Of a stretch of DNA of 64,000 nucleotides, positions 14,006-26,149 are shown one piece after another. Both the position numbers and the translations under genes were made by a program. Each line of letters starts with the position of its first letter. The first letter of the stretch is position 1. Source of the stretch: the human T2T-CHM13v2.0 reference genome, Homo sapiens; the NCBI RefSeq assembly GCF_009914755.1, contig NC_060929.1. The stretch is one strand, 5' to 3'. The notes beneath the pieces were generated by a model. That model made no database searches. It saw only the letters and a list, made by a program, of their open reading frames with translations, and was not told where the DNA came from.

Positions 14006-15599
14006 ATTATTTTGGCTTCCCAAGGTAGCTTGATACCTATATAAAAAACACTCCAGCCAAATGTGGTCAATAATGCTAATTGGAAAGCAACACTGACCTA
14101 GAACCTTGGAGGGTGACTAGATAGGTGTGGATTACATTATCATAGACAAAAAGAGACAGAAATTCAGAGAACCAGTCAGGTGAGACCAAAATACATGTAC
14201 TTTTGAACCCCAGAACAAAAGGCAGAACAGAAATCGAGGTAGTCAAAATTCAATCAACACAGGGTAGGTAAAGCAAGCCTATAAAGAGCTTGCTTTTCAA
14301 GGTAATGAGCCATGCTTATTTGGGTCATGATTATGCAGATAGGAAAGCTAGACTCAAGCAACGTCAAACTGAATGCTAAAATGGTAATTTAATTCTGAAA
14401 TCAGTGTTGTCCCCCACTGAGGGGATCCATTTTATAGTTCTGTACTGGGTAGAAGTTAATATTGTGAGACCTAAGCGGGTAGTGGGTAAATGACTTCCAT
14501 GGCTAAGAAGAGCATGAGACTTGTGGTAACAGACAGAGGAAAACACACAGAAAGTACAACTTTTGAAATTCATCTTCTTTATTCTTTTTTAAAATTAGCT
14601 CATTCTCATCTTAAAACTCAAGATGCAGTAGAAATTTGAATAGAGAAAAAAATAACTAAAACAATATTACCCATTCTCTGAAAGCATATTAACTTGGTTG
14701 GCTCTTTAAAGAAAATAGAATATGAAAGGGGCCCATATTCAGAGATATTACGCATAGTGCCATGGTGTCACTTTTAAAACCATCATATAGAACATTCAAT
14801 ACTTAAGACATTTAAGAATAATGGAAAATTGGTTTTTCTCTTAATGAACACGGAGCCAGAAAGGACCCTTTGTCATCATGCAGGTTTTTTTTTGGCCTGT
14901 GGACTGATTGGCAGTGTTATCTCAGAATGCCCAGTGGCACATCAGCATCTATGTGCAGAGCCCGTTCAGTGTTGAAAGGGCATGCATGGTCAGTGACAGG
15001 AAAAGAGTGGAGGGCTTTTTGCAGCAGATCAATTGCAATGACAGACTTCACTGTTTGCCAGATCCCAGCAAGTGCCTCCTGCATCAGAATCTCCCTATTT
15101 CCAAGCTTCTGCTGGGAGGTTGGTTAGTAGCAGACAATAGATAAGAATAGAAAGGACGCTGACTACAGCCCAGAGGTGAGTGCTATCAGAGATAATTATT
15201 AATCCTGAGGTTAGAATAAGATCTGGAACTTCAATACCATTGGAGTTGTACAAAGTAGACCATTGAATTCTCTAAGCGGTATACCAGCCTTTCTCCCTGT
15301 TTTCAATTCTCCCTCATTTACTCCCTACATTCATCCCCTCCTTCATTCTCTCTCCTGTGTTTCCAGGAGCCCCTGGAGAATCAGGCACTGGAGAGATCCC
15401 AAAATGACTTAGAGTCATTTCCTACCACTGAGAAGCACTGGACAGGGAGTTAGAACAGCAGCTTCTAAGGATCTAGATGACTTAGCAAGGCTCTTTACTT
15501 CTTGAGCCCCTAGCTTTATCTCAACAAAAACCTAGGAACTGGAGATGGTTTTATGGTCTTACAGCTCTGAAAGTTTACTAGGTTTTAGATGTTATCACC

Positions 15600-15812
15600 T
15601 ATCATAAGCAAGGCATTCACCTCAGAATGTCATTTTATTCTCATGAAAGTGAAACAGATAAGTACAATTTTCTCTCTTATTTTACATATGAGGGTATCAA
15701 TACTTGAGGCTGAATAAACTGCAGAAGGGTGCTCAGACAACTAGTAAATGGAAGAATTAGAATTTGACTCCAGGCAATCTGACTCTATGCATGGCCGATA
15801 TACTATATGGCT
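15600..15812 (-). mobile_element. MIR
   Basis: attttacatatgagg...agtaaatggaagaattagaatttgactccaggcaatctgactc. Confidence 0.65.
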
Positions 15813-15930
15813 CTTTTTGAAGCCAGTGGGTTTGTTTTATAGCTGGCATGGCTGGAACTAATAGAAATAGCACAGGTGCATGGGCTCTGGTGTCAGAATT
15901 GCCTATGTTCAAATTAGAGTCCTATCACAC

Positions 15931-16239
15931 TTTCTTTTTCTTTTTTTTTTTTTTTTGAGATGGAGTCTCGCTCTGTTGCCCAGGCTGGAGTGCAGTGGTG
16001 TGATCTCGGCTCACTGCAAGCTCCACCCCCCTGGGTTCATGCCATTCTCTTGCCTCTGCCTCCCGAGTAGCTGGGACCACAGGCACCCACCACCACAGCC
16101 GGCTAATTTTTTTGTATTTTTAGTAGAGACGGGGTTTCACCATGTTAGCCAGGATGGTCTCGATCTCCTGAACTTATGATCCGCCCACCTTGGCCTCTGA
16201 AAGTGCTGGGATTATAGGCGTGAGCCACCGCACCTGGCC
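15931..16239 (-). mobile_element. AluY inserted in a + strand MIR (~15846-16320)
   Basis: Full antisense dimer with AluY diagnostics (gctcactgcaagctcc, ttagccaggatggtctcgatctcctga); cactttct on both flanks. Confidence 0.95.
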
Positions 16240-16489
16240 CATCACTTTCTAACTAAGCATCTTTGGGCAAATTATTTAACCTCTCTGTGCCTTAATATCA
16301 GACTATCAATGGGTTAATAACAAATTTTGGACTAGAAATCATTGCAATACTGAGTTTTGCTTTACAACTCAATAGCCATTGATTTTCTGACTCCCAGAAT
16401 ATTCCCACTTTTCCTATTTCAGTGCCATAGTGCCTGAAATATCACCATTATAAGGACATTTCTTCAAGCAAAGCATTATCCTTTCAGTA

Positions 16490-16760
16490 AGGTTCTATTA
16501 TTAACTATAAAATAATGGCTAGGACTGAGGAATATACTATGCTAGGAAAGATATGAATAACTTTATGCCATCATCTCACTTATTCCTCACAAATAACATA
16601 TAAAGTATGTACACATACCATATGTATAATAATAATTATTCCCAATTTACACATGGAAAAGTGAGTCTCAGAGAGATGGCCAAGATTACACAAATTGTAA
16701 CTGGTGGGACTGTGATTTGATCCAGGTTTCTGATTCTAGAATTATTCTCTAAATGATTCT
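16490..16760 (-). mobile_element. MIR
   Basis: tcacttattcctcac...cccaatttacacatggaaaagtgagtctcagaga...ccaagattacaca. Confidence 0.7.
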
Positions 16761-16810
16761 GACATTTTGTTACTAATAAATATGCCTGGAAATATCATAG
16801 AGTCATGAAC

Positions 16811-16842
16811 GTATATACATATACATATATATATATATATAT
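16811..16842. repeat. (TA)n/(TACA)n microsatellite
   Basis: Direct read. Confidence 0.9.
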
Positions 16843-18129
16843 GTTTCTGTTATTATTTCCCCCATAAGAGGAGGAACCAGAACAGTACAAAGCATGTGGT
16901 TTGTGGAGCCAATTAAAAAGAGAGAGTAAAGCACCTGAAAACCAACTTCCTTTTGCTGAGGAGGACTAGTTCTGGAGATAAATTCTCTTTTCCTTGTTTG
17001 ACTTTGTACCTCATGCTGGGGTTGCTGCTGAGAAACATGGCAGACCTGTTCCAATTAGCATTATAGAGGCTCAGGGCTGGAAAAGAATTTGGAGAGTGTA
17101 GCCTTTAATGCTTGTCTGGTGACGGCATCCTCTTTTTAACAACATGAACTTTTTTTCTCATTTTGTCTCTGCTGTCACGCCTCCCTGAACGTGAAATCAC
17201 TACATCTTTTAGGTGATCTCTTTGACAGTGGTCAGCTCTGCGTCTTAAAGCTCCTTTTTTTAATCTTAAGCTTGACTTTTCCTTTTGTTCTTTCCTGTTG
17301 ATTGGCAAAAAACAAGCGTGGTTGTTTTTCTATACTATAGTTTTATATATTTTTGGAGGCAGAGATGACAAATCACATACTCTGCCTTTCTGTCTGGCTG
17401 CCATCTTTACTTAAAATCTGACTTATTTATCAGATTTTAACTCAGCATCACTTTCCTTCAGAAACCTGCCCATGACCCAGACAACACCCTTGTTTTATGC
17501 ATCCACAGCACCCTGAATTCTCTTTTGCAGCCCTTTGTTCACCAGCAATTATACAGAGATAATTATTGTTTCTCACAAGGTATACATTCTATGAGGGGCA
17601 GGGACTTGCTGTCTAGTTCACACATGTATACTAGTCACTGTGCTTATGCATTTTATTTACAAACTTCTATGGAGCATCTCCTGGGTATCAGCCATGGTAC
17701 TTGTGAACAAGATAGATTTAGTCCCTCAGCTCGTGGAACTTATAGTCTAGTGGAGTTTTTCATTCTTTTTTTTCCCCAAGTTTTTTTTTTTTCTTATAGC
17801 AATTGACAATAAGAAAACATTGACGTATGATTTCAATCTATGGTATTTTTCTAAGTGTAAATTGATTCAGAATGGTAGTTTAGACATGTGTTTATTGCCA
17901 TGATTTAGTTTATGAACTGCACCCATCTTCATTTCTAAGAGTTAAAAAACTGGGGCTGGGTGGTTGGACTGACAGTTGCACAGATGGACTACATCAATTA
18001 TAGCATCACAGTGAATTGGGAGCCATTCATTGATTTATCTTTTCAGCATTCATTCATCTTTTCTCATTCCCTTTGCAGTTCTGGTTCCACAAGTCTTAGC
18101 ATTTGGGATAATAAAATCTTTGGCCACAG

Positions 18130-18580
18130 TGTAGGCCAAAGATTTGGGGTCAGAGTGGCTTGAGTTCTATAATATCCAACCTATTTACTAGCTGCGCAAG
18201 CTTGGACCAAACTAAACTCTCCAATTTTTAGTTTTCTGAGAAATATCAATTCCTGCTTCATAGTTGTTTTTTAAAGAGGTTGAAATGAGAAGTAGTAGTA
18301 CTAATACCATCACCACCACTACCACCACCATCATCATCTAACATTATGTGACACTTATTATGAGCCAAGAACCGTTCTAAGGACTTCCTATATATTAACC
18401 CATTCAATCATATCTATGAGATAGATACTAGTATTATCCCTATTTCACAAATGAGGGAAAGGAAGCACATAAAAGTTAATAAACAAGCTCAAAGTCTCCC
18501 AGCTGGTAAGTACAGATCCAGGAGAGAGACCACAGTGTCTGGGTCTGCATTCCACGCTCCCAGCAACGTGGCTGTAGATG
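18130..18580. mobile_element. Two MIR copies in opposite orientation around a (CAC/CAT)n tract
   Basis: + strand MIR ~18130-18290; - strand MIR ~18335-18580 (attatccctatttcacaaatgagggaa). Confidence 0.65.
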
Positions 18581-19064
18581 CCTCTGGATAATGCAAGTAG
18601 TGCACTCAAGAAGGTGTTCAGTAAAAGGTGTCTTTATGTAGTTAATACAGGTTTGTGACAGCTCAAATTAGTTTGCCCCACTTTTCTTAGGGGATCTTAC
18701 CAGATAAGAGAAGCGTTGTGAGCATGATGCACTACTTATTCATTCTCTTGCTCAAATGAGCCCTAAACCCAGGCTTGTACCTGCTCTAAGTGGTCAGATT
18801 AACAAACTAAAAGGAATAAATACGTAAAAGAAGGAATCAGGCATGGAATCTAATAAAGGGAAATGAGATTCTGACGTGAAAAATATCTGCAAGATAATAG
18901 AGTTTTGTTCCTGAGTCTTCCACACACGTCTCTTGGCTCTGAAAGCAGAATTGTTCATCAATGTCAGTTACATCACAGTTCAGTGTCCTCTTGGTGTCCA
19001 TCACACCAAAAGCTTTTGTTATAATAGCAAGCAAGAGATGATAGAAATGCCCTGTCTCTCAGTT

Positions 19065-19087
19065 TGAAACTGATTTTGCAAAATTTT
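19065..19087 (+). mobile_element. Detached 5' terminus of the LTR8-family LTR
   Basis: tgaaactgattttgcaaaatttt resembles the recalled LTR8A start TGAAACCGCCTTTGCAAAAATTAT, which is missing from the body at 21377. Confidence 0.75.
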
Positions 19088-19830
19088 GTTTTTATAAAAC
19101 ACATCATAATGTTATTGCTTGAAGAATACAGCATATGAAATCACAAGAATATCAAAATGAAAAGTCACTAGGCTTGAAACATATAATACATTATCAGATG
19201 CAGTAAAATATTAACTAACCTGAACTCTGCTTCAGAAAAAAAAAAAGGTGTGGAAAATATCTAAGTTTTTTACTTCAGAAACAGATAAAATAGAAAGTAT
19301 AAGGATGTTACAGTACAAATTAGAAAAGCCAACACACATTAATTTATTATTGTTCTAGACTAGACTACCTTTGGTACTTAAACTTTTTAAAAAACAATTT
19401 CTTCTATCTCATCCAAACGCACTTAATGGGTATGACATCCATGAAGTAGCTTCAACTTACAACATTCAGCAAAATTAACCTTTTCACCTCATGGGGGAAG
19501 TATATTTAATAAATGTATAACAACATTTCCCTTTTACTAAAACTGCAAAATATGATCATTAAGAAACCTAATACTTATAAAACTTTACTTACTTAGCTCT
19601 CCAATTAAAATTGGAATCCTGGCAGCCACAATCTATTTGTGGGCTTGGTGAATACAAAGTTTTAAAAGATTTGCCAACTGACATAGGAATTTAATTACTT
19701 CATACTATCTTAAGCGAATTTTCCTTTCTGTTTCCAAAATATAGACACTATGCCATTTCTTCAACATCCTGGATTCCTATAATCACTACCATACCTTATT
19801 TATTAGAACCAAATTAAAGCCTCTCTCTTT

Positions 19831-20129
19831 TTTTTTTTTTTGAGATGGAGTCTCGCTTTGTCACCCAGGCTGGAGTACATGGCGCGATCTCGGCTCACTG
19901 CAAGCTCCGCCTCCCAGGTTTACGCCATTCCCTGGCCTCAGCCTCCCGACTGGCTGGGATGACAGGCGCCCACCACCACGCCCGGCTAATTTTTTTTTTT
20001 TTTGTATTTTTAGTAGAGACGGGGTTTCACCGTGTTAGCCAGGACGGTCTCGATCTCCTGACCTCGTGATCCCCCCGCCTCGGCCTCCCAAAGTGCTGGG
20101 ATTACAGGCGTGAGCCACTGCGCCCGGCC
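19831..20129 (-). mobile_element. AluY
   Basis: Full dimer, many CpGs intact, AluY diagnostics; TSD agc(c/t)tctctcttt at 19818 and 20130. Confidence 0.95.
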
Positions 20130-20162
20130 AGCTTCTCTCTTTTAAAAGCAGGTAGAAACTAT

Positions 20163-20260
20163 TTATGTTTCATATAGGGCTGATCAGTTATAACACAACT
20201 TATGTTTCATATAGGGCTGATGAGTTAATTCATATAGGGTTGATGAGTTCTAACGTAACT
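20163..20260. repeat. Three imperfect tandem copies of TTCATATAGGGCTGATGAGTT
   Basis: Direct read; copies start near 20169, 20206 and 20229. Confidence 0.9.
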
Positions 20261-21376
20261 TCTTAAGCAAAACTAATCTTTTTTTAAAGCTATCACTGAA
20301 TTATGATGGAGACAATAATGTCATCTCAAAAGGTAATGTTGGACTCTAGGCCATCTAGTCGGGAAAATGTAAAAGTAATTCTAAAAACAGTAAGTAAACT
20401 ATAACTACAAGTTAAATTAAAAATCCCTCTCTAATAGCAAGCATGCTCATTAACTTTCATTTCTTTCCCCCAGCAAAGGTTTGAATATTCATGAACCTCA
20501 GTTAAACCAAGGGAACCAAAGCAATTGTTTCAAAAGTCCCACCTATATATTTGGATAATATGAATGTGGATAGACTAGGCAAGTAATACTATCAACAATT
20601 ATTGAATTGGAGTGAAATAGTAAAAATCATGACAGACTTCCAAACTGGGCAGTCTTTGAAATGTCATAGTGGAGCTCAAAATGAATTATGCCATAATAAA
20701 GCTATAGTTATTATCTCTACACAAAAGAAAAAATAAAAAAACATAACCACCAAATTTATACAACTACTATTGAACGTACTTCTTCCTAGTTTTTGAATGT
20801 CTTGAAGTTTTTCTAAACAAGTATATTTATCTGAGCATATATGTTTATTGCCTGTATATGTACTCATTTTAAAAGACAAATTCAGATATTACAGAACTGA
20901 ACTCTTTTCACCAACCTGATCTAATATCTACCGACTTCACACAGCAACCCCCTTAATAATTTAAAATTCACAAGTTTTAGTTTAGTTAAAAGGGCAGAGG
21001 AAATGCAAATGCAGATTTAGAGCTTTGTATAAATTTCACTGTATTTTTATAAACTTGAAGTTTTCTGTAACACTGTTTATTGATGAAATGAAGGACTTGC
21101 TGCTATCTAAAATTTCATGAACATCATTAAAAATTTAAAATTGATATTATACTGAACCTTAAATTTTCAATAGTTCGAAGAGACAGTTTTTACATGTATA
21201 GCACACAATAGATGAAACTTAATAGCAGGCATCCCTAGAATACCAATGACAAGTCCACCAAGATGCATACGAAATTACAGATAAGCACTTCTTCCACTGT
21301 TTTTGTTGTGCAGGGAAAAACATTTATAGAAGAAATAGAAATTCAGCTGATGAATTTCAGATATTAGCATCATCTT

Positions 21377-22098
21377 CAAAAATTTTAACAGTGAAAAATT
21401 ATGACAATGAATGAGATCTGACGTAACTGACTCTATCTTGCCTTTAACCTCCAAACTACCCTTGTTCATTCCTGGGCATAGACCAAGCTAAATTCGGGAG
21501 TAATTTAGTTTATAGCTTAACTTTGAAACAAAGATGATAACAATTCCTCTTTGAAACAAACACCGTCCTTGCTTGGGGACCAGACTGCCTTTGAAAAACT
21601 AACAAACTAGCCACAAGATCTAAAATTATGGCTCAGGAGTCATGCAGTCAAGAGGTCACAAGATTCCCAACCTCCCCAATTGCTCTTATAGATAACATTA
21701 TGATTGTAAAACCTAAGATTGGTGTTTGAGGTATTTTTCAGACCCTGCATTCTGATGGATTCACTGGTACCATCAAGACCAGTAAATGGACTCATCTGGT
21801 CTTGTGGCCTCCACTCAGGAACTGACTCAGCACAAGAGGACAGCTTTGACTCCCTGTGATTTCATCCTGACCCAATCAATCAGCCTTCCCCATTTCCTAG
21901 CCCCTTGTTTGCCAGGCTATCTTTTAAAAACACTAGCCTTTGAATTTTTAGTGAGGCTGATTTGAGTAATAATAAAACTCAAGTTTTCCATTTAGCCAGC
22001 TCTGTGTGTATGAAACTCTTTCTCTATTGCAGTTCCTCTGGCTTGATAAATTGGCTCTAACTGGGCAGTGGGCAAAATTAACCTGTTGGACAGTTGCA
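21377..22098 (+). mobile_element. LTR8A/LTR8B-type solo LTR (ERV1), main body
   Basis: aaaattatgac...gagatctgac...cttgttcattcctggg...aggagtcatgcag...ctgatttgagtaataataaaactc...ggacagttgca. Confidence 0.9.
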
Positions 22099-22279
22099 GT
22101 TTCATATTTTCTTTTTTCTCAGTAATTCCTTTGCCACCTTAAAACGTCTTCCTGTAGTCTGGTTAAGTTAGTACCTTTTGGATCTTACCTGGTTAACTGG
22201 TAAGCGCCTTGCTTAGGGTCCCTGTCTCATGATTATCTGCCATGCCCAAAATAGAACCTTCTACATATTTATTGCCCAC

Positions 22280-22450
22280 TTCAACATCTGAATATTAGAA
22301 TTTCAGCATTGATAGGGTCCTTAGAGGGAATCCATTCTGACCACTTTATTTTGCAGAGCTTAGGGTGGTCAAACAACTTGCCAAAAATCATGTATTAAAT
22401 TAGTGATAGAGATTAGATTTAATAGCAACATTTTGAGCCGGACACCAATT
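22280..22450 (-). mobile_element. MIR
   Basis: tttattttgcagag...aacttgccaaaaatcatg. Confidence 0.55.
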
Positions 22451-23078
22451 TACAGATGACTTGAGGGACTACTTAATACTTTTTCCCTCTTGTTTACAAT
22501 TGGAATCTTACAGTGAAACAGGAGAGGAGTGAGTGGTTTCAGAAGAAAACTATAGAAAGGGAAGGTATGAGGTTAAAAATGAAATACATATCATTGCCTT
22601 TTATCTAGAAATGGTTTATATTCTGATAGCAGTGAAGATATCTAGTATTTCTGGACTAGCCAGGTCATAATCAAGGGGTCAGGGAGCAGAGATTGTGTGA
22701 CCCCTTAGGGAAAGTCTGGGGAGGGAACACCTGGCATCTTGGTGATAAGGAAAAATCTCCTTTTTATCCTTCTTTTCCATAAATGGTTTGTCTTTTTCCT
22801 TCTGTCAGGCCTGTGCATATACAGAGTTTCTGTAACAGAGCAATGTTTTTTCATGGTCATGTTTTAATTCATGCACACTTAACTCAGACTTTGTAATGTG
22901 CTTTGAATTTGGCATCGAACGTTTGGTTTTGTGACCTAGCTCTCCTATGACATGTAAAATATTGGGCAAATATTTAAATCCCTCTGAGTATTAGTTTCTT
23001 CATTTCTGAAATCTCTAAAATTATCTGAAAAGTGATGATTAGCTGACATAGCCATTTTCAGGCTGATTTGTTGTAAAT

Positions 23079-23260
23079 CAGTGTTTTTCAAAGCTTGGTT
23101 TGTAGACCATCTTCATCAGACTCTCCTGCAGGTATGCAACAGAACTGCAGATTCCTGGGTCCTCCTCTGGACCTTTAGACTCAGAATCTCTGGCAGTGGG
23201 ATCTCAGAGTTGGTATTTTACCAAGTGATTCTGATGTGCATTTAAGTTTAAGAACCACTA
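23079..23260. mobile_element. MER5A (hAT-Charlie)
   Basis: cagtgtttttcaaa ... gcagattcctgggt...tcagaatctctgg ... tttaagaaccacta termini. Confidence 0.85.
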
Positions 23261-25204
23261 AATAATTTGGAAACATGCTTCATATATTATAAGATATTAT
23301 ATAAATGCAATTTTCAGAAAATGTATTTTTTCCACTCAAACTGCCCTGGTCTTTGCCTTTCCTTGCTAAAAAAATCTCTCTAGAGAACCACCTCTGCAGG
23401 GGTCCTGGGGGGCATCTAAACAGCCTAAGGACACACGGACAAAGGCAAACAGCCACCTGAATGAAAACTCTGTAGTCTGCTAAGGCTTGACTCACCAGCC
23501 TTTTAAGAAAATGCTATAATGTTGTGGAGTGCGTGTAATATCTGGATGGGGAATCAGGCAGGGAGATTCAGACACGTCACTGAACAAAAAATCTCTGCAG
23601 CTAGAAGAAAAGCAAAATGAAGTTAAGCTCGGTGTTTCATATAAATGCAAGACCTGCACTCTAATGTTTAAAATGTTCAGTTTGTTTACACACAGAGAGT
23701 GAATACGAAATGTATACCTTTATTATCTTTTGATTAGATTTCTATAGTCTCTCAATTACTGTCTAGTTGGATGACCTTCCTTGTATTTATTTGTACCTCA
23801 AAGTTGGGGAGGAAAAGCTGGGTCAAATCATTTCCTTGCCCCCAGAAAGACTCTGCTGGCTTGGCTGAGCTGGGAAACACCTCACATGATGACATGAGCA
23901 AAGCACATGGGCTGGGGCATCACCCCCTTGTCCAGCACTATCTCATCCTTAAAGAAGAAATGGCTTCATAATTTGCTTGAGTTTTGTGCTACATGAAAAT
24001 CTGGTGTACTCTCAGGCAGACAGACTATTTAAAAGCCCGAGGGAAATCTATGTGGGGTTTAACTGCCCATGAGTAGGGTTGTTCTGATAGGAGCTCTGAC
24101 TTTGAGGTCTATTTTTTCATTCTATACTTAAAAAAATTTTTTTTTCACTAAAGAAATTAGATTTTTCTTTGAACAAGCACTAGAACAGGGAAAGCTATAA
24201 AATAGCTGGGATTTATGGTCTATCTCAGAGGTGATTTTTTTCAACTCATCTAGGCTGAAATTACTGCAGTCTTCCCCTTAGAGTTCCTTTGGAATTTGTT
24301 TTCAATTTAGACTGCATACCTGAAAAAATAGGATGCAGAATGATACTGCAGTTTCTGAGGAGTAGTCTGGAAAGATAGACTATACTATGCTTATAAACAA
24401 ATTCAAACATATTTGTTGTAAAGCATTATCTAGATTGAGATTCCAATTTTCCAACTGCTCTACCTACAGGCTACATTATTAACTCTTTCTTCAGTGTGTT
24501 CCACACCAGGGTCTTAACAGACCCCCATGCTGCTTTGTAAGACACTTTCAGGAGATCCGCAGGTATACTGTAAAAGAAGAGTAGTTATAAGGGGACCTGC
24601 ATTTTCATGCTGGTTCTGCTTTTCTACATATTTTATTCTAATCAAATCATGACCTTTTGTCCCTCAGCTTTCTCATCAGTAAAAAAGGGAGGAGGTTGAA
24701 CTAAATCGGTGTTTCTGAACAGGTGTTTTGTAGAGCACATATGAGATACCTAAAACTAATTGCATGCATGAATCAACAATTAAGATCTTTTTAATGTGTT
24801 GGATATTCCATAACCTGATTTCAGCATTAAATATTTAGGAAATCTGTAATAACCCAAATCAAGAAGAGCACGTATTCAAAAGCTTGTTATTTGGGTATCT
24901 GGGCTAATTGGAAGAGAAGTCTGGGATCCATTAGCCATGCCTGTCATGCAGTTGGGAACAGGGAGGAGCAGTGTGTGCCCCATGTGTAGGCTGACCTGAA
25001 CCTGACAAGTCCACCTTTTTGGGAGGATGCATGCACACAGGTGGAGTTAGAACCAGAGGTTGCCATATTCTATCAGGTATTTGTGTCTTTGGAGCATTTA
25101 GAGGGTCCTCAGGGCAAAATAGTGAAAAAGATGAGCCCATTGTAAAATTGCTGTCTGTGAGAAAGATGTACACCCTGATAGAATTACATGTGGTTTGAAA
25201 CTTT

Positions 25205-25784
25205 TTAAATTAAATTAAATTAAATAATTTCTTTTTAAGTTCCAGGATACATGTGCAGGATGTGCAGGTTTCTTACATAGGTAAATGTGTGCCCTGGTGG
25301 TTTGCCGTGCTATCAACCCATCACCTAGGTATTAAGCCCAACATGCATTAGCTATTTTTCCTAATTCTTTCCCTCCTTACACCTCACCCCCTGACAGGCC
25401 CCAGTGTATGTCCATGTATTCTCATTGTTCAGCTCCCACTTACAAGTAAGAATATGTGGAATTTGGTTTTCTGTTCCTGCACTAGTTTGCTGAGGATAAT
25501 GGCTTTCAAATCCATCCATGTCCCTGCAAAGGACACGATCTCATTCCTTTTTATGGCTGCACAGTATTCCATGGTGTATATATACCACATTTCCAGTCTA
25601 TCGTTGATGGGCATTTGGATTGATTCCACATCTTTGCTATTGTGAATAGGGCTGCAATGAACATAGGTGTGCATGTATCTTTAAAATAGAATGATTTTTA
25701 TTCCTTTGGGTATATACCCACTAATGGGATTGCTGGGTCAAATGATATTTCTGTTTCTAGGTCTTTGAGGAATTGCCACACTGT
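25205..25784 (-). mobile_element. L1PA 3' end (non-inverted part of a 5'-inverted L1)
   Basis: gatacatgtgcaggatgtgcagg...gttcagctcccactta...aatgggattgctgggtcaaatg. Confidence 0.92.
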
Positions 25785-26149
25785 AAGCAAAAATGGACAA
25801 ATGGAATCTAATTAAACTAAAGAGCTTCTTTCTGCACAGCAAAAGAAACAATCACCAGAGTGAACAGACAACCTACTGAATGGGAGAAAATTTTTGCAAT
25901 CTATCCATCTGACAAAGGTCTATATGCATAATCTACAAGGAACTTAAAACAAATTTATAAAAACAACAACCCCATTAAAAAGTGGGGAAAAGACATGAAC
26001 AGACACTTCTCAAAAGAAGACATTTATGTGGCCAACAAACATATGAAAAAAAGTTCAAAATCACTGATCATTAGAGAAATGCAAATCAAAACCACAATGA
26101 GATACCATCTCATGCCAGTCAGAATGTCAAATATTAAAAAGTCAAGAAA
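25785..26149 (+). mobile_element. L1PA ORF2 segment, inverted relative to the adjacent 3' end
   Basis: Translates to [19 protein letters not shown]...[14 protein letters not shown], the L1 ORF2p C-terminal region. Confidence 0.92.

Larger units (their letters stand above)
19088..21376 (-). pseudogene. Probable 5'-truncated processed retrocopy of an mRNA 3' UTR (parent unidentified)
   Basis: Flanked by caaaatttt (19079-19087) and caaaaatttt (21377-21386); minus-strand target reads TT/AAAA; degenerate T-run at left end; AATAAC on minus strand at 19111-19116; AT-rich with no MIR/L2. Confidence 0.65.

Noticed and set aside
15880-16179. Alu-derived ORFs (also 19845-20069, 26520-26940, 34682-34962, 47010-47201)
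   Set aside because: Typical Alu translations such as LECSGAISAHC; no gene context
20150-20260. Hammerhead ribozyme core (CTGATGAG with a nearby GAAAC)
   Set aside because: Stems I and II cannot be formed around the core; the motif is explained by the tandem repeat
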